From positions 17 to 64,016 of the forward strand of contig JBGVEG010000162.1 of the NCBI GenBank assembly GCA_045119955.1: 64,000 nt of DNA, read 5' to 3'. This stretch comes from Paludibacteraceae bacterium (GTDB lineage Bacteria > Bacteroidota > Bacteroidia > Bacteroidales > Paludibacteraceae). Both the position numbers and the translations under genes were made by a program. The notes under the pieces are model-generated. The model ran no database searches. It saw only the letters and a program-made list of their open reading frames with translations, and was not told where the DNA came from. This document shows, piece after piece, positions 35,712 through 47,000 of this stretch. The stretch's first letter is position 1. Every line of letters starts with the position of its first letter.

Positions 35712-35738
35712 CCGGTGTCCGGATTCCGGAATCCATCA

Positions 35739-36689
35739 TTAGTTATTTACACGGATACCATTGAGCAGAGCCGCAGCATCCATGCGTTTCTTGCCAGGAA
35801 GTTGCAGTTCGAGCAAATCGATATAGCCATCGGCACAAGGCACGATGATATGTCCCTTCTGTTCAACGTGTTTCGTAATAGCCGCCTTATAGACTTTAGC
35901 TCCACGGAGTGCCTCTGCCAGAGGATGATTAACGGGCATCTCACCAATCCATGCTGCTGGGTAGGGACTAAGACCACGAATATGGTTGCGTACCTGCTCC
36001 GCATTGCGCGAAAAATCAATGGCACAGGTATCCTTAAAGATTTTAGGCGCTGGACGAAGTTCCAATGCATTATCTTGTGGGATAGTAGGCAGTTCCACGC
36101 CCCTATTCTCCGCCTCTATGATTGTATCGACAGTGCGAGTAACCAATTGAGCGCCCATCACCATGAGACGGTCATGAACCGAACCCACATTCTCGTCATC
36201 GGCGATAGGGATACGCTCTTGCAGGATGATATTACCCGTGTCAATCTCATGCTGAAGCATGAAGGTTGTAGCGCCAGTCTCCGTATCACCATTCATGACA
36301 GCCCAGTTGATAGGTGCCGCTCCACGGTACTGAGGTAGGAGCGAAGCATGCAGGTTGAATGTGCCCAAACGAGGCATGTTCCACACTACCTCGGGCAACA
36401 TACGAAATGCCACAACTATCTGTAAGTCTGCGCTGTACGATTTGAGTTCTACAAGAAAATTCTCGTCTTTAAGACGTTCAGGCTGCAAGATAGGCAGACC
36501 TGCAGAAAGAGCATATTGCTTCACGGCAGAGTACTGCAACTGATGTCCACGCCCAGCAGGTTTGTCCGGCATAGTGACTACTGCCACTACATTATATCCG
36601 CCTTCTACTAACGCACGAAGACTCTCGACTGCAAAGTCGGGAGTGCCCATATACACTATTCTTATATCCTTTTTTTCCATATTACCCAT
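35739..36689 (-). CDS. fmt: Methionyl-tRNA formyltransferase
   Basis: 316 aa with IVYMGTPDFAV, HASLLPQYRGAAPINWA and a C-terminal OB-like domain. Confidence 0.92.
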   Translation of the reverse strand: MGNMEKKDIRIVYMGTPDFAVESLRALVEGGYNVVAVVTMPDKPAGRGHQLQYSAVKQYALSAGLPILQPERLKDENFLVELKSYSADLQIVVAFRMLPEVVWNMPRLGTFNLHASLLPQYRGAAPINWAVMNGDTETGATTFMLQHEIDTGNIILQERIPIADDENVGSVHDRLMVMGAQLVTRTVDTIIEAENRGVELPTIPQDNALELRPAPKIFKDTCAIDFSRNAEQVRNHIRGLSPYPAAWIGEMPVNHPLAEALRGAKVYKAAITKHVEQKGHIIVPCADGYIDLLELQLPGKKRMDAAALLNGIRVNN

Positions 36690-36690
36690 T

Positions 36691-36725
36691 CCTTTACACT
36701 TTACACTCTACACTCTCCACCCTAC
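36691..36725. repeat. Heptamer array (CCTTTAC / ACTCTAC)
   Basis: cctttac actttac actctac actctcc accctac. This is the reverse complement of the GTGTAAA/GTAGAGT word family. Confidence 0.75.
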
Positions 36726-38122
36726 CTAAACGTGTGCGAGAAGCCCACACTGATAAATTCTTTGAATTGCATTTTGGTCTTTCGGTCTTCTGGCAGCTCT
36801 ACTGTGCTGTCGTATCGTGGGTGCACCATCAGCTTGGCAGAGAAATAGCGGTTAATAATGAAATCGACATCTACCTCCAACTCTGTTTCTATGCGCTTAT
36901 AATTGGTAAAGAAGTAGAAGGTCGTTTCCACTATGATCTCTCGGAGGGGTCGCCATTTCCAATCCAAACGCACGGAACTACCCAGTTCGCTGAGCGCATT
37001 CTTGCCTTGTTCTATACCATAATCACCCACATTGACCAGATCGGGGTCGCTATTGAGCGCATACACTACTTTGTATGTACCTGGAGAGATATTGATATCC
37101 AATCCTTTAACTGGTTTATAATCAATACCGACACCCCACGTAAACCGCACTGGTGTGAGGAGGGCAGAAGCCAACTCATACTTATTCTTGCGCCAGTTAT
37201 TCATTAAGTTCGTGCGCAGTTCCACATTGGTAGAGACATACCAGTGCTTGTGCAATTGGTAACCGAATTTACTATTCAGACGGAAGAGGTCGTCCGTTGT
37301 ATTGAGGATACGTAGCGAGTCACCGCTGACCGTACTAATACCAGCACGCCACTCGCCGACATTCTCCCAAGAAATATTATCCTTCTTGTAGTTCAATTTT
37401 CCTTTTGCACTCGCGAGCATAGCAAAAGCATTGGCGGCACCCTGATACCAGTTATCGGAGGCATAGTTCTGTGTGACTTGCAGGGAGAGGTTGAGTTCCT
37501 TGCGCCATGGGGAGTTCTGGTAGCGTATTGCTCGCTCAATATCCATACGGTCTTCCTCTAAGTCTTTAACGATAGCGCGCTTGACTTCTATATTCTCTAA
37601 TACCATGGATTTCAGGCGATTGGTATCGCTGACGGCAGTATAGAAATGTGCACAGTGAGTGGTAATATAGCGTCTGGCTTTGGCGCGAATAGCAGGAATA
37701 GTATATTCGTCATACTTAGTCGTATCAGTAAGCAGAGGGAAGGTGACGGGTATATACATAAGTTCCATGCATAGTGGGTGGGGATATTCCTCCCAGATTG
37801 TATCATTAGCATGCAGCAACTGGCTCTGGCGCGCCACCAACTCAAGCAGGATGGCATCTTCGTCCAAAGTAGCGGGAGCGTTGATACTATCCAATAGACC
37901 ATGTATCACGATGATTGTATCCTGATGGTCAATAGTCATCTGCACCGAGTCAGGGAGTTGCATGGGCACTGTGTCATGAGAAGCGATGAGCACCTGTGAG
38001 CTATCCACACGATTCGTGTCATTGGCAAGATCATGCAGCCAACTAATATCCATCACATCCTGCGCCCAAGCGGAAAGGGTAACACAGGAGAGGAGGAGCA
38101 ATATGTACGTTAATCGTCTCAC
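36722..38122 (-). CDS. Predicted outer-membrane beta-barrel protein (466 aa)
   Basis: Signal peptide MRRLTYILLLLSCVTLSAWAQ and a C-terminal half of alternating strands ending ...SVGFSHTFR. A W..G..N segment is similar to the one in 29715-30794. Confidence 0.5.
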   Translation of the reverse strand: MRRLTYILLLLSCVTLSAWAQDVMDISWLHDLANDTNRVDSSQVLIASHDTVPMQLPDSVQMTIDHQDTIIVIHGLLDSINAPATLDEDAILLELVARQSQLLHANDTIWEEYPHPLCMELMYIPVTFPLLTDTTKYDEYTIPAIRAKARRYITTHCAHFYTAVSDTNRLKSMVLENIEVKRAIVKDLEEDRMDIERAIRYQNSPWRKELNLSLQVTQNYASDNWYQGAANAFAMLASAKGKLNYKKDNISWENVGEWRAGISTVSGDSLRILNTTDDLFRLNSKFGYQLHKHWYVSTNVELRTNLMNNWRKNKYELASALLTPVRFTWGVGIDYKPVKGLDINISPGTYKVVYALNSDPDLVNVGDYGIEQGKNALSELGSSVRLDWKWRPLREIIVETTFYFFTNYKRIETELEVDVDFIINRYFSAKLMVHPRYDSTVELPEDRKTKMQFKEFISVGFSHTFR

Positions 38123-39036
38123 TTCGCTATCGGTCTTCTATACGCGCGTATAATAAGGTATATACCCCAGATGATGAATGGCAGGGAGAGTAGTTGACCC
38201 ATATTGAGCAGATGATCTGCTTCAAAAAGTTCTTGGTCGTTCTTAATGAACTCCAGCATGAAGCGTGTGAAGAAGATGATCTCTAAAAAGACACCCAACA
38301 AGAGTCCTTCGCGCTTGTATGCTTGGCCTTTCCAATACATGAGCCATGTCACCACAAAACCAACAATGCAGTAGATCATCTCGTATATCTGTGTAGGATG
38401 ACAAGGAACAGTCTGTCCGTCACGCACGAAGATAAAACCCCATGGCAGGTCGGTAGGTGTGCCATAGATCTCTGAGTTCATGAGGTTGCCGAGGCGAATG
38501 AGTGTAGCCGTCACACAGACACCGACAACAAGACGATCCATGATCCAGAGTAAGGATGTATGGAATTTCTTTTCTTTAGAGAACACCTTTTTATTGAGCA
38601 GCCATGCAGCAGTCAGCAGACCAATGGCACCACCGTGGCTAGATAAACCTCCCTCCCAAATCTTGAGGAGTTTGAAAGGGTGCTCGATATAAGGGTTGCG
38701 GTAGTTGATGGTCCAACCAAATATCTGTACTGGCTCGGTAGAGATACCCATATATTGGCAATAGGCCTTCATGCCTGGCAAAGTGACATCATGCCACTCA
38801 TAGAACCAGCAGTGTCCCACGCGTGCACCGATAATGAGACCAATGACCATCCACATAAAGAGTTTGTCGGTCCAGTCTACTGGGCAGTTCTCGTTTTTGT
38901 AGAGTTTAACTTGGATGAGGTAGCACAGATATATACCTATCGCCCACAGCAGCCCATACCAGCGGATGCCTCCTTCGCCTATGTGAATCAGAATAGGATC
39001 CACATCCCATATTACGGATAATAATTGACCTACCAT
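38119..39036 (-). CDS. lgt: Prolipoprotein diacylglyceryl transferase
   Basis: 305 aa, polytopic, with IRWYGLLWA and GGLSSHGGAIGLL signatures. Confidence 0.85.
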   Translation of the reverse strand: MVGQLLSVIWDVDPILIHIGEGGIRWYGLLWAIGIYLCYLIQVKLYKNENCPVDWTDKLFMWMVIGLIIGARVGHCWFYEWHDVTLPGMKAYCQYMGISTEPVQIFGWTINYRNPYIEHPFKLLKIWEGGLSSHGGAIGLLTAAWLLNKKVFSKEKKFHTSLLWIMDRLVVGVCVTATLIRLGNLMNSEIYGTPTDLPWGFIFVRDGQTVPCHPTQIYEMIYCIVGFVVTWLMYWKGQAYKREGLLLGVFLEIIFFTRFMLEFIKNDQELFEADHLLNMGQLLSLPFIIWGIYLIIRAYRRPIAK

Positions 39037-39040
39037 TGCA

Positions 39041-40000
39041 TTACAATTTATTTCCCAATATTGTATATCTCTCGTTACCGCGACGAATGTACATCATACC
39101 ATTTCGATCTATCACGATTTGTGCCTCTATTGTAGGAGCTATATCGGTAAGAGCCGTAGGGGTCTTGATTTCGTACTCCACCAAGCAGATGCGTCCCACT
39201 GCAGATGCATCGTGCGAGAAATGGAAGTACAATCGCTCGCCATCTACGCGCGCGCGTTCTAAAAGGTTAATAGGTATATTATAGGGTTCTGCTACAATAT
39301 CTGCTTCCGCCAGTAGTTCACCGTCGCATGTAGCACGTGTAATGCGGAGATGACATGGAGCAGCATCTGAGCCTTGCCATGATACAGCCAGCCCACTGTT
39401 AGTAGGTATATACGCAGGGTCTAAATAGAAGACATCATCCGCATGCGAGCTAACAACGGTCATCTCGGGGAAAATAGCAAGGCAGTCGGAGCAGGTAGAA
39501 TGATAGCCCTGATTATATGGCATACATATCACACGTCCGCCTGTGCCACCTACAGGATATATCTTTAGATACACAGGGGTCTTATCGCTAATATCCTCTA
39601 ATCCCAAACTTTCTAACTTTTTCTCAATAGCATCGCTATTAATATCGCGTGTTTGATTAGGCGAGAGGGTATATGAATACATTGCATTGGCAGATGAGCA
39701 TAGGGAATATATATCCAGTTTCACCTCGCAATCAGCATAGAGATATGCCGTGATACCCTGCTTAACATCTCCCAGTTTGGCAGTGTACCATACGGTTTCT
39801 GTTATGCGGGTATCTAATGGGAATGCAAACGTATGGCTTTCCTCTTTGCAGTAGCAATAGTGTGCTGGTAGTCCTGATAGCTTACGGAGCCACTCACATG
39901 TGGAACTCACTTTGTCGGGTACCGTAGCTGTATGCTCTGCCAGTAGGGCTGGCATAGCTGTTAGCACAAAGATGGTCAGTATATAGATTCGTTTCATCAT
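39041..40000 (-). CDS. Secreted hypothetical protein (319 aa)
   Basis: Signal peptide MMKRIYILTIFVLTAMPALLA. No recognised domain. Confidence 0.55.
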   Translation of the reverse strand: MMKRIYILTIFVLTAMPALLAEHTATVPDKVSSTCEWLRKLSGLPAHYCYCKEESHTFAFPLDTRITETVWYTAKLGDVKQGITAYLYADCEVKLDIYSLCSSANAMYSYTLSPNQTRDINSDAIEKKLESLGLEDISDKTPVYLKIYPVGGTGGRVICMPYNQGYHSTCSDCLAIFPEMTVVSSHADDVFYLDPAYIPTNSGLAVSWQGSDAAPCHLRITRATCDGELLAEADIVAEPYNIPINLLERARVDGERLYFHFSHDASAVGRICLVEYEIKTPTALTDIAPTIEAQIVIDRNGMMYIRRGNERYTILGNKL

Positions 40001-40014
40001 ACCACTAATATCGT

Positions 40015-43000
40015 TTATGCTTCCATTTTACCGTGACATTGTTTGTATTTCTTGCCCGATCCGCATGGACATGGGTCGTTTGGACGAGGTTTTTTCTCCA
40101 CGCGGAGTGGCTCAGGGCGCTGCATCTCGCGTGTATCGCGGTTAGCCGCAGCGGCTTGACCACTGGCAGCGGCAGCACGAGCTACGGCATCCTTCTGGGT
40201 GCGATAGCGTGAGTAGTCGTGACGTTGTTGTGCATGGGCTTGGCGTACCTCTTGTGGATCGCGGGTTGGTATTTGACCGCGGAGCAAGATAGCTATAGCA
40301 CGACGGTTGAAGCGGTCAAGCATCTGTTTGAAAATGTTGAACGACTCCAGTTTGTAGATGAGCAATGGGTCTTTCTGCTCGTAGCTGGCGTTTTGTACGG
40401 ACTGCTTGAGTTCATCGAGTTGGCGCAAGTGCTCTTTCCACTCGTCATCGATCACGAAGAGGAGCATGCGTTTCTCGAACTCGCGTACCACCTCGCGGCA
40501 CTCGGTCTCGTAAGCGGCTTTGAGGTTAACAGCCACGTTGTAGGCACGTTTGCCATCTGTGATAGGTACGAGGATATTCTCGTACATCGCGCCACGCTCT
40601 TCATAAACGTTCTTAATGACAGGGTATGCCACTTTCTGCAAGGTGTCCATACGACGTTTGAAGGTCTCCATGGCCTCCTCAGCGAGTTTGTCTGCCAAGA
40701 CATTCTCCTTGCCTGCGCGGAACTCATCCTCGGTGAATGGCACCTCCATTGCAAAGACTTGCATCACATCCATCTGCAATCCCTGATAATCCATTACCTC
40801 GCGAGCATCAGCCACTACTGATGCAGCGGTGTCATAAATCATATTGGTAATGTCCACGCCTATGCGCTCGCCCATGAGTGCGTGGTGGCGTTTCGCGTAA
40901 ATGACATTACGTTGTTGGTTCATCACATCATCGTATTCGATGAGGCGTTTACGGATACCAAAGTTATTCTCCTCTACTTTCTTCTGTGCACGTTCAATGG
41001 AGTCAGAGATCATCTTATGCTCAATCATCTCGCCCTCTTGGAAGCCCATGCGATCCATCAGACCAGCCAGACGGTCAGAGCCGAACATACGCATCAGGTC
41101 GTCCTCCATACTCACGAAGAACACACTGCTACCTGGGTCACCTTGACGTCCTGCACGACCACGGAGCTGACGGTCCACACGACGGCTCTCATGGCGCTCT
41201 GTACCGAGGATAGCCAAACCGCCTGCTTCTTTCACCTCAGCGGTGAGCTTAATATCGGTACCACGACCAGCCATGTTGGTAGCGATGGTTACCATACCCT
41301 TGCGACCTGCCTCAGCGACAATGTCGGCCTCGCGTTGGTGCAACTTGGCGTTGAGCACGTTGTGCGAAATCTTGCGCAGGTTGAGCATCTTACTGAGCAA
41401 CTCACTGATTTCCACGGATGTCGTACCAACCAATACAGGGCGACCTGCCTTGACCAGCTTGACAATCTCATCAATCACGGCGTTGTATTTCTCGCGCTTG
41501 GTGCGATAGATGCGGTCGTTCATATCCTCACGCGCGATAGGACGGTTGGTTGGTATAACCACCACATCCAGTTTGTAGATATTCCAGAACTCACCTGCCT
41601 CGGTCTCCGCTGTACCAGTCATACCAGAGAGTTTGTTGTACATACGGAAGTAGTTTTGCAGGGTGATAGTGGCAAAGGTCTGTGTAGCGGCTTCGACTTT
41701 CACATTTTCCTTGGCCTCCACCGCTTGGTGCAAACCATCTGACCAACGGCGACCTTCCATGACACGACCTGTCTGCTCATCGACGATCTTGACTTGGTTG
41801 TCATCAATGATATAGTCCACATCTTTCTCAAAGAGGGTGTATGCTTTCAGCAGTTGGTGTACGGTGTGTACGCGCTCTGACTTCACGCTGTAGTTAGCCA
41901 ATATCTCATCTTTCTTCTGACGTTTCTCCTCATCTGAGAGACCTGCTTTCTCAATCTCAGCCACCTCGCTACCCACATCTGGGAGCACGAAGAATTGGGT
42001 ATCCTCCATATTACCTGTCAGGGTATCAATACCCTTGTCGGTGAGCTCAATGGTCTTATGTTTCTCGTCAATCACGAAGTAGAGTTCGTCGGTGGCTATA
42101 TGCATATGCTTCTCATTCTCCTGCATATAGTACTCCTCGGTCTTCTGCAGACGGACTTTCACGCCTGGCTCGCTAAGGTATTTGATGAGGGCTTTGCTCT
42201 TAGGCATACCCTTGAAGCAGCGGAAGAGTGCCAACTCGCCTGCTTCTTTTTCTTTCTCGTCAGCGCTACTCATTTTGGCTTTCGCCTCAGCGAGCAACTT
42301 GGTAGTCAAGGTGTTTTGAGTACGAACGAGTAGCTCTACGCGGTGTTTGTACTCATCATACATCTGGTCTTCGCCTTTTGGCACAGGGCCGCTGATGATA
42401 AGTGGGGTACGCGCATCATCAATGAGGACAGAGTCCACCTCATCCACAATAGCGTAGTTATGTCCGCGTTGCACAAGGTCCATAGGGCTGGTAGCCATGT
42501 TATCGCGCAGGTAGTCGAAGCCGAACTCGTTGTTAGTACCAAATGTAATATCGCATGCGTATGCGCGGCGACGCTCGTCGGAGTTAGGTTTGTGCTTGTC
42601 GATACAGTCCACCGTGAGACCATGGAACATATAGAGAGGTCCCATCCACTCAGAGTCACGCTTGGCGAGGTAGTCGTTGACGGTCACCACATGTACGCCT
42701 TCGTGTGTCATAGCGTTGAGGAAGACAGGCAAGGTTGCCACGAGGGTTTTACCTTCACCCGTCGCCATCTCGGCTATCTTGCCTTCGTGGAGTACGACAC
42801 CACCTATGAGCTGCACATCGTAGTGCACCATATCCCATACGTGCTCGTTGCCGCCCGCTGTCCAACGATTGCTGTAGATAGCCTTGTCGCCATCTATCTC
42901 CACGAAGTCGAAGCGGCTATCGGCTGCCAGATCGCGGTCCATTTGGGTAGCGGTGACGATGATCTCCTCGCTTTGAGCAAAGCGGCGGGCAGTACTCTTG

Positions 43001-43341
43001 ACGATAGCGAAGACCTCAGGGAGGATCTCACGCAGTACGTCCTCGTATGCGGTTTTTATATCCTTCTGGATATGGTCTATTTCGTTATATACTTTTTCGC
43101 GTTTGTCAATCTCGAGATTTTCGATATTGGCCTTCATTTCAGCGATGCGTGCTTTCTTATCCGCCACGCGCTCTTGTATGCGTGCCATGAGGGCAGCGCT
43201 ACGCGCACGCAGTTCATCGTTGCTGAGCGCATCTATTTGATCGAAAACGACTTTGATTTTCTCTACATACGGCATAATCTCGCGCATATCTTTTTGCGAC
43301 TTATTGCCGAATAACTTAGTAATAAATTCTACTAAACCCAT
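40015..43341 (-). CDS. secA: Preprotein translocase ATPase SecA
   Basis: 1108 aa with Walker A ([10 protein letters not shown]), [19 protein letters not shown], and a C-terminal zinc finger [14 protein letters not shown]. Confidence 0.97.
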   Translation of the reverse strand: MGLVEFITKLFGNKSQKDMREIMPYVEKIKVVFDQIDALSNDELRARSAALMARIQERVADKKARIAEMKANIENLEIDKREKVYNEIDHIQKDIKTAYEDVLREILPEVFAIVKSTARRFAQSEEIIVTATQMDRDLAADSRFDFVEIDGDKAIYSNRWTAGGNEHVWDMVHYDVQLIGGVVLHEGKIAEMATGEGKTLVATLPVFLNAMTHEGVHVVTVNDYLAKRDSEWMGPLYMFHGLTVDCIDKHKPNSDERRRAYACDITFGTNNEFGFDYLRDNMATSPMDLVQRGHNYAIVDEVDSVLIDDARTPLIISGPVPKGEDQMYDEYKHRVELLVRTQNTLTTKLLAEAKAKMSSADEKEKEAGELALFRCFKGMPKSKALIKYLSEPGVKVRLQKTEEYYMQENEKHMHIATDELYFVIDEKHKTIELTDKGIDTLTGNMEDTQFFVLPDVGSEVAEIEKAGLSDEEKRQKKDEILANYSVKSERVHTVHQLLKAYTLFEKDVDYIIDDNQVKIVDEQTGRVMEGRRWSDGLHQAVEAKENVKVEAATQTFATITLQNYFRMYNKLSGMTGTAETEAGEFWNIYKLDVVVIPTNRPIAREDMNDRIYRTKREKYNAVIDEIVKLVKAGRPVLVGTTSVEISELLSKMLNLRKISHNVLNAKLHQREADIVAEAGRKGMVTIATNMAGRGTDIKLTAEVKEAGGLAILGTERHESRRVDRQLRGRAGRQGDPGSSVFFVSMEDDLMRMFGSDRLAGLMDRMGFQEGEMIEHKMISDSIERAQKKVEENNFGIRKRLIEYDDVMNQQRNVIYAKRHHALMGERIGVDITNMIYDTAASVVADAREVMDYQGLQMDVMQVFAMEVPFTEDEFRAGKENVLADKLAEEAMETFKRRMDTLQKVAYPVIKNVYEERGAMYENILVPITDGKRAYNVAVNLKAAYETECREVVREFEKRMLLFVIDDEWKEHLRQLDELKQSVQNASYEQKDPLLIYKLESFNIFKQMLDRFNRRAIAILLRGQIPTRDPQEVRQAHAQQRHDYSRYRTQKDAVARAAAASGQAAAANRDTREMQRPEPLRVEKKPRPNDPCPCGSGKKYKQCHGKMEA

Positions 43342-43443
43342 GTTTATTTACAATTTGACGATTTACTATTTACTATTTGTTTTCCCAACGGATTGGGATT
43401 TTAATTTATTGCGAATAGAGCACTCCATTCCAAATTAGCGCGC

Positions 43444-43451
43444 AAAGGTAC
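43444..43451 (-). promoter_or_regulatory. -7 box TACCTTTG for secA
   Basis: CAAAGGTA on the plus strand, ~105 nt upstream of the secA ATG. Confidence 0.55.
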
Positions 43452-43468
43452 AAAAAAATATGCACATA

Positions 43469-43742
43469 CACAAGTGTTTTGAGCGAAAATTTATTTTCAA
43501 GCTAAAAAACACTTGTGTATGGGCTGCGTAGGGTGGCAGTAGCTTCGGGGGAATGGGTGAACCAATTCGTTCGAACGGAGTAAGATAAGAATTGATTCAC
43601 ACAGGCGGCGTCCGAAGGTACAACATTGCCACTCTACGCGAGGGCATAGCCCGCATCTACACAAGTGTTTTGGGCGAAAATTTATTTTCAAGCTAAAAAA
43701 CACTTGTGTATGGGCTGCGTAGGGTGGCAGTAGCTTCGGGGA
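43469..43742 (+). repeat. Composite hairpin plus rod-hairpin repeat, one full copy and a tandem partial copy (~190-nt period)
   Basis: ACACAAGTGTTTT...AAAACACTTGTGT hairpin (43469-43518). Then GGGCTGCGTAGGGTGGCAGTAGCTTCGGGG ... CCGAAGGTACAACATTGCCACTCTACGCGAGGGCATAGCCC (43521-43651). The hairpin (43659-43709) and the left arm (43712-43742) are then repeated. Confidence 0.85.
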
Positions 43743-43822
43743 ACAATCTGTGTCCATCCGTGGGACATATATTCCCACTGATTGCAGAGATCTACACTGA
43801 TATTCTGTGTTTCCGTGGATCG

Positions 43823-43850
43823 CCTATTGCCTATTGCCAATAACCAATAG
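43823..43850. repeat. CCAATNG-family heptamer array
   Basis: cctattg cctattg ccaataa ccaatag. Confidence 0.75.
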
Positions 43851-43960
43851 ATGTTAATTTATAGATAGGCAAGATCTATCATACCCTCATCATACCCGAC
43901 AAAAAACATCTATGGCACTTATAAAACCCATTCCCCACATTGCCTCCATTAGGGATTGCA

Positions 43961-43999
43961 AGAAAAATCGCAGAAACTTATCTTTTCTGCGATTTTTCT
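43961..43999 (-). terminator. Strong (bidirectional) intrinsic terminator after the giant gene
   Basis: AGAAAAATCGCAGAAA / TTTCTGCGATTTTTCT perfect 16-bp stem with a 7-nt loop, 70 nt past the stop at 44072. Confidence 0.8.
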
Positions 44000-44018
44000 C
44001 TATTATCAAGTTCCCTCA

Positions 44019-44075
44019 GCGAAGCGGTCTAACAGCATTTAGGCGGTCTAACGTCCGATAGCGAAGCGGTCTTAG
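44019..44075. repeat. Word repeats GCGAAGCGGTCTAAC
   Basis: gcgaagcggtctaacagc..ggcggtctaacg..gcgaagcggtcttag. They overlap the stop codon of the giant gene and are the reverse complement of the words at 12912-13038. Confidence 0.7.
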
Positions 44076-47000
44076 TGCAGTATCTTATGCACTTCGTTCT
44101 CGCCGGTGATGACATATACGCCAGTGGCTGGGAGGGCGACATCTACTGCGGTTTGTACCATGCCTGAGTAGATGATTGCACCAGTCGCTGACATCACGCG
44201 CACATGTTGTGGCTCAGCTACTGCGATATTTACACCCGCTACCGTTGCAGTAATAAAGAGGTCATTGCCACCACCCACAGTTGGAATGTTGCCGCCTTGG
44301 TTAACATCAGTTGGGGTATTCTCTTTGCCGTAGTTAATCTTACCTGTGCGACCAATACTACGTGCTGGCATATTATTTTGCGTTGGTACATTTCCATAGA
44401 GGAAGGCAGTAGTAGGATAGATAATTTTATCCGTCGCAAATTGTAAAGGTTCAAATACCTCACTATTCATAAATGGCGCATACGAATTATAACTATATAC
44501 ATTCTGTCGATTTGTATTCAATTGTGCAAAGGTGCTATTACCTGTTACAATCATCTCATTGTTAGCAGGCACTTGTGTAAATATATTTCCATCAATAGTA
44601 TCGTTCAAGAAATCACGACCATTGATTACTTGCTTGCCATCCGTACTCTCGAAAACAAGGAACTTACCAGACCAATAATCCCAATAATCTCGATTTTCCA
44701 AAGATGCCTCACAACTTGGACAATATGGGAACATCAATGAATATGTTTCACCTTTATGAAGCAATATACCATCCAATGTATCAGCGACACTCAGCATATT
44801 CCATTTCACAGCAAAAGAATCTGCGTTTTGTGTTAATCCCCAATTGCCATCATTATGGTTTAGATAGAAGTTTGCTTCGCGCCAGTTCTTGCCAATATAT
44901 GGCACCAACTCTTGCATGCTACGCAAGTTATAGTCAGCCTCATTACCTTTATATAAACCGCTCTTCTTATCTTCCGTATATGCCCATTTCTTGTAAGATT
45001 GATAGATACCATCAAAGTCTTTATCCGAACCCATCGCCATCGCTACCGCAAAGAAAGCTGCAAAATCTGCATTATGGGTGGCTTGCTCTCTCAATATAGC
45101 AGTGCGGTTTCCATTATCAATTTGTTCTAAAGCTGCTTCAGAATAACTTTCAACCACATAGATATTTTCCACATTGAATGGAGCGGTAAAGGTTTGCCAT
45201 ACATCCGCCGTAGCTGTAGTTACATAATACACTCTGTCTGTAATGGTATATGCAGTATCACTCGTTACTTGGTATTGCAATGAATCACTAACGTATGTAA
45301 GGAGGTCATAACGCGCATACGTTTCATTATTGAATAATGTTTTCGCTGGCGTAGGCACCTCAAAAGGAGGTTGGTATGTATAATCCGTTTTATCGCCGAC
45401 TTTTGGTCCCGCAGTAATTACATCCCAAATATTCTTATCAATTTGACAATACATCAAATATTTGACTTCCTCGTTTTCTTCTATTGGTGTATCACCGCCG
45501 ACACGACCCTCTATGCCAGGAATACCAGCTCCAATTTCAGTCATACAAGCTTTCCATATAGACATATATTTATCCACCTCTGCTGTAACGCCACCCATAC
45601 CATCAGGAATCCAGAAATAGAATTGATTCTTTTTATCTGGAGTAACGCTATTGAGGCCATAGGTATAACCACTATTTTGATGATGCAGCAGCAAACCTTC
45701 TACATTGCTTGGAAACTCTACAATATGTGCCAGTTTAGTAGTAGTATTCAACACATCATTACCTCGCAGAATATATACATATTGTCCGAGGAACTTACCC
45801 GTTTCTCTATCTTTTGGGGCACCACCTTTTGATGTAACATGCTGACAAGCACGAACTCTGCATACCGATCCACCTCTAATGTATGTGTTTTTAGGTGTGC
45901 GCAAGCAATAAGTAGAATCAGACATCGTACCATCAGCTAAAGTATCCATAAGGTAATATTGACGATAAGATGGAGACACATACATCGGTCTTACAGTAAC
46001 CGTACCATCTAAGAAATTCACCGTTCCACCTACAGAGTCTGTACCAATACCATAGCACAATTGAATACCAGCATCATCTGAACCAAAATATCCAGAACGG
46101 TGAGAAATCGCCAACGTGGTCTTGTAGGTATCACTACCAATTTGAGAGTTCTGCAATTCTACTTGTCCACCTTTGAAGTTGACTTCAGTATGCTTATTAC
46201 CCATATCAATAGAAGGCGCATTGTTTGCTTGTTTCTTAAGAGCGAGGAAGCCATTGGTACGTATAGAGTCAGTCATCACATTATCTGCATCCACTGCCGT
46301 TGGCCATACATCATCAAAATTAAGCCTCGTTTTAGTTTTACGCACATACTCTTTATTAAACATGTGGATGTGAATTGGCGAAGACACTTGATACGCTTTC
46401 ATACCAACTGGTCCATCTGACACAATGCTCAAGCCAAAGAAACAACCATAATTACTACTGAGTAAGTTATCGCCTATGGTATGAATACTAACCTCAAATG
46501 GTGTATGTGTATAGTTCTGCAATTGTTCTTGGGGATCCACATTCTCAAATACAAGTACACCACCCGAACCGCGCGCATAGCCATCCGTAAAGACTTCACC
46601 TCCCTCTTTATCGCCATAGAAGCCATTACCATTTTTGGTTTTGTTTCGACTGAACACATGGAAGTCCTCAAGATAGATATCTAATTTTGCTCCATGTTTT
46701 CCGCGGAACAAGAATACTCCTTCTTGGTTCTTAGTATAACCTGTTGTAGCGTATGGGCAGAAACCAGTCATATATACGCGTAGCGGATTCGTTGCATCAA
46801 TATATACAACACCTGCGGTATCTGTAATGATTATATCAGCAACCACAGCTTTATCCTCTGTATTTGCATTATCGATTTTACCTACATACTGATAACCTCT
46901 GTATTGGTTTTCAGAGTTTGGTGCTTTCCTATATACATAGAATGGTGTCACCGCATTGGAACCGATATTGGTACTTCCATCTGCACTACCCTTCTTAGGA

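Noticed and set aside
40882-43314. Long antisense ORFs inside secA (286 and 323 aa). Similar cases lie inside gdhA (13652-14452), fmt (35715-36338), rny (28364-29014), tonB (31515-32201) and the histidine kinase gene (14519-15328).
   Set aside because: Each lies opposite a gene with unambiguous conserved motifs. There is no independent start context or recognisable domain.
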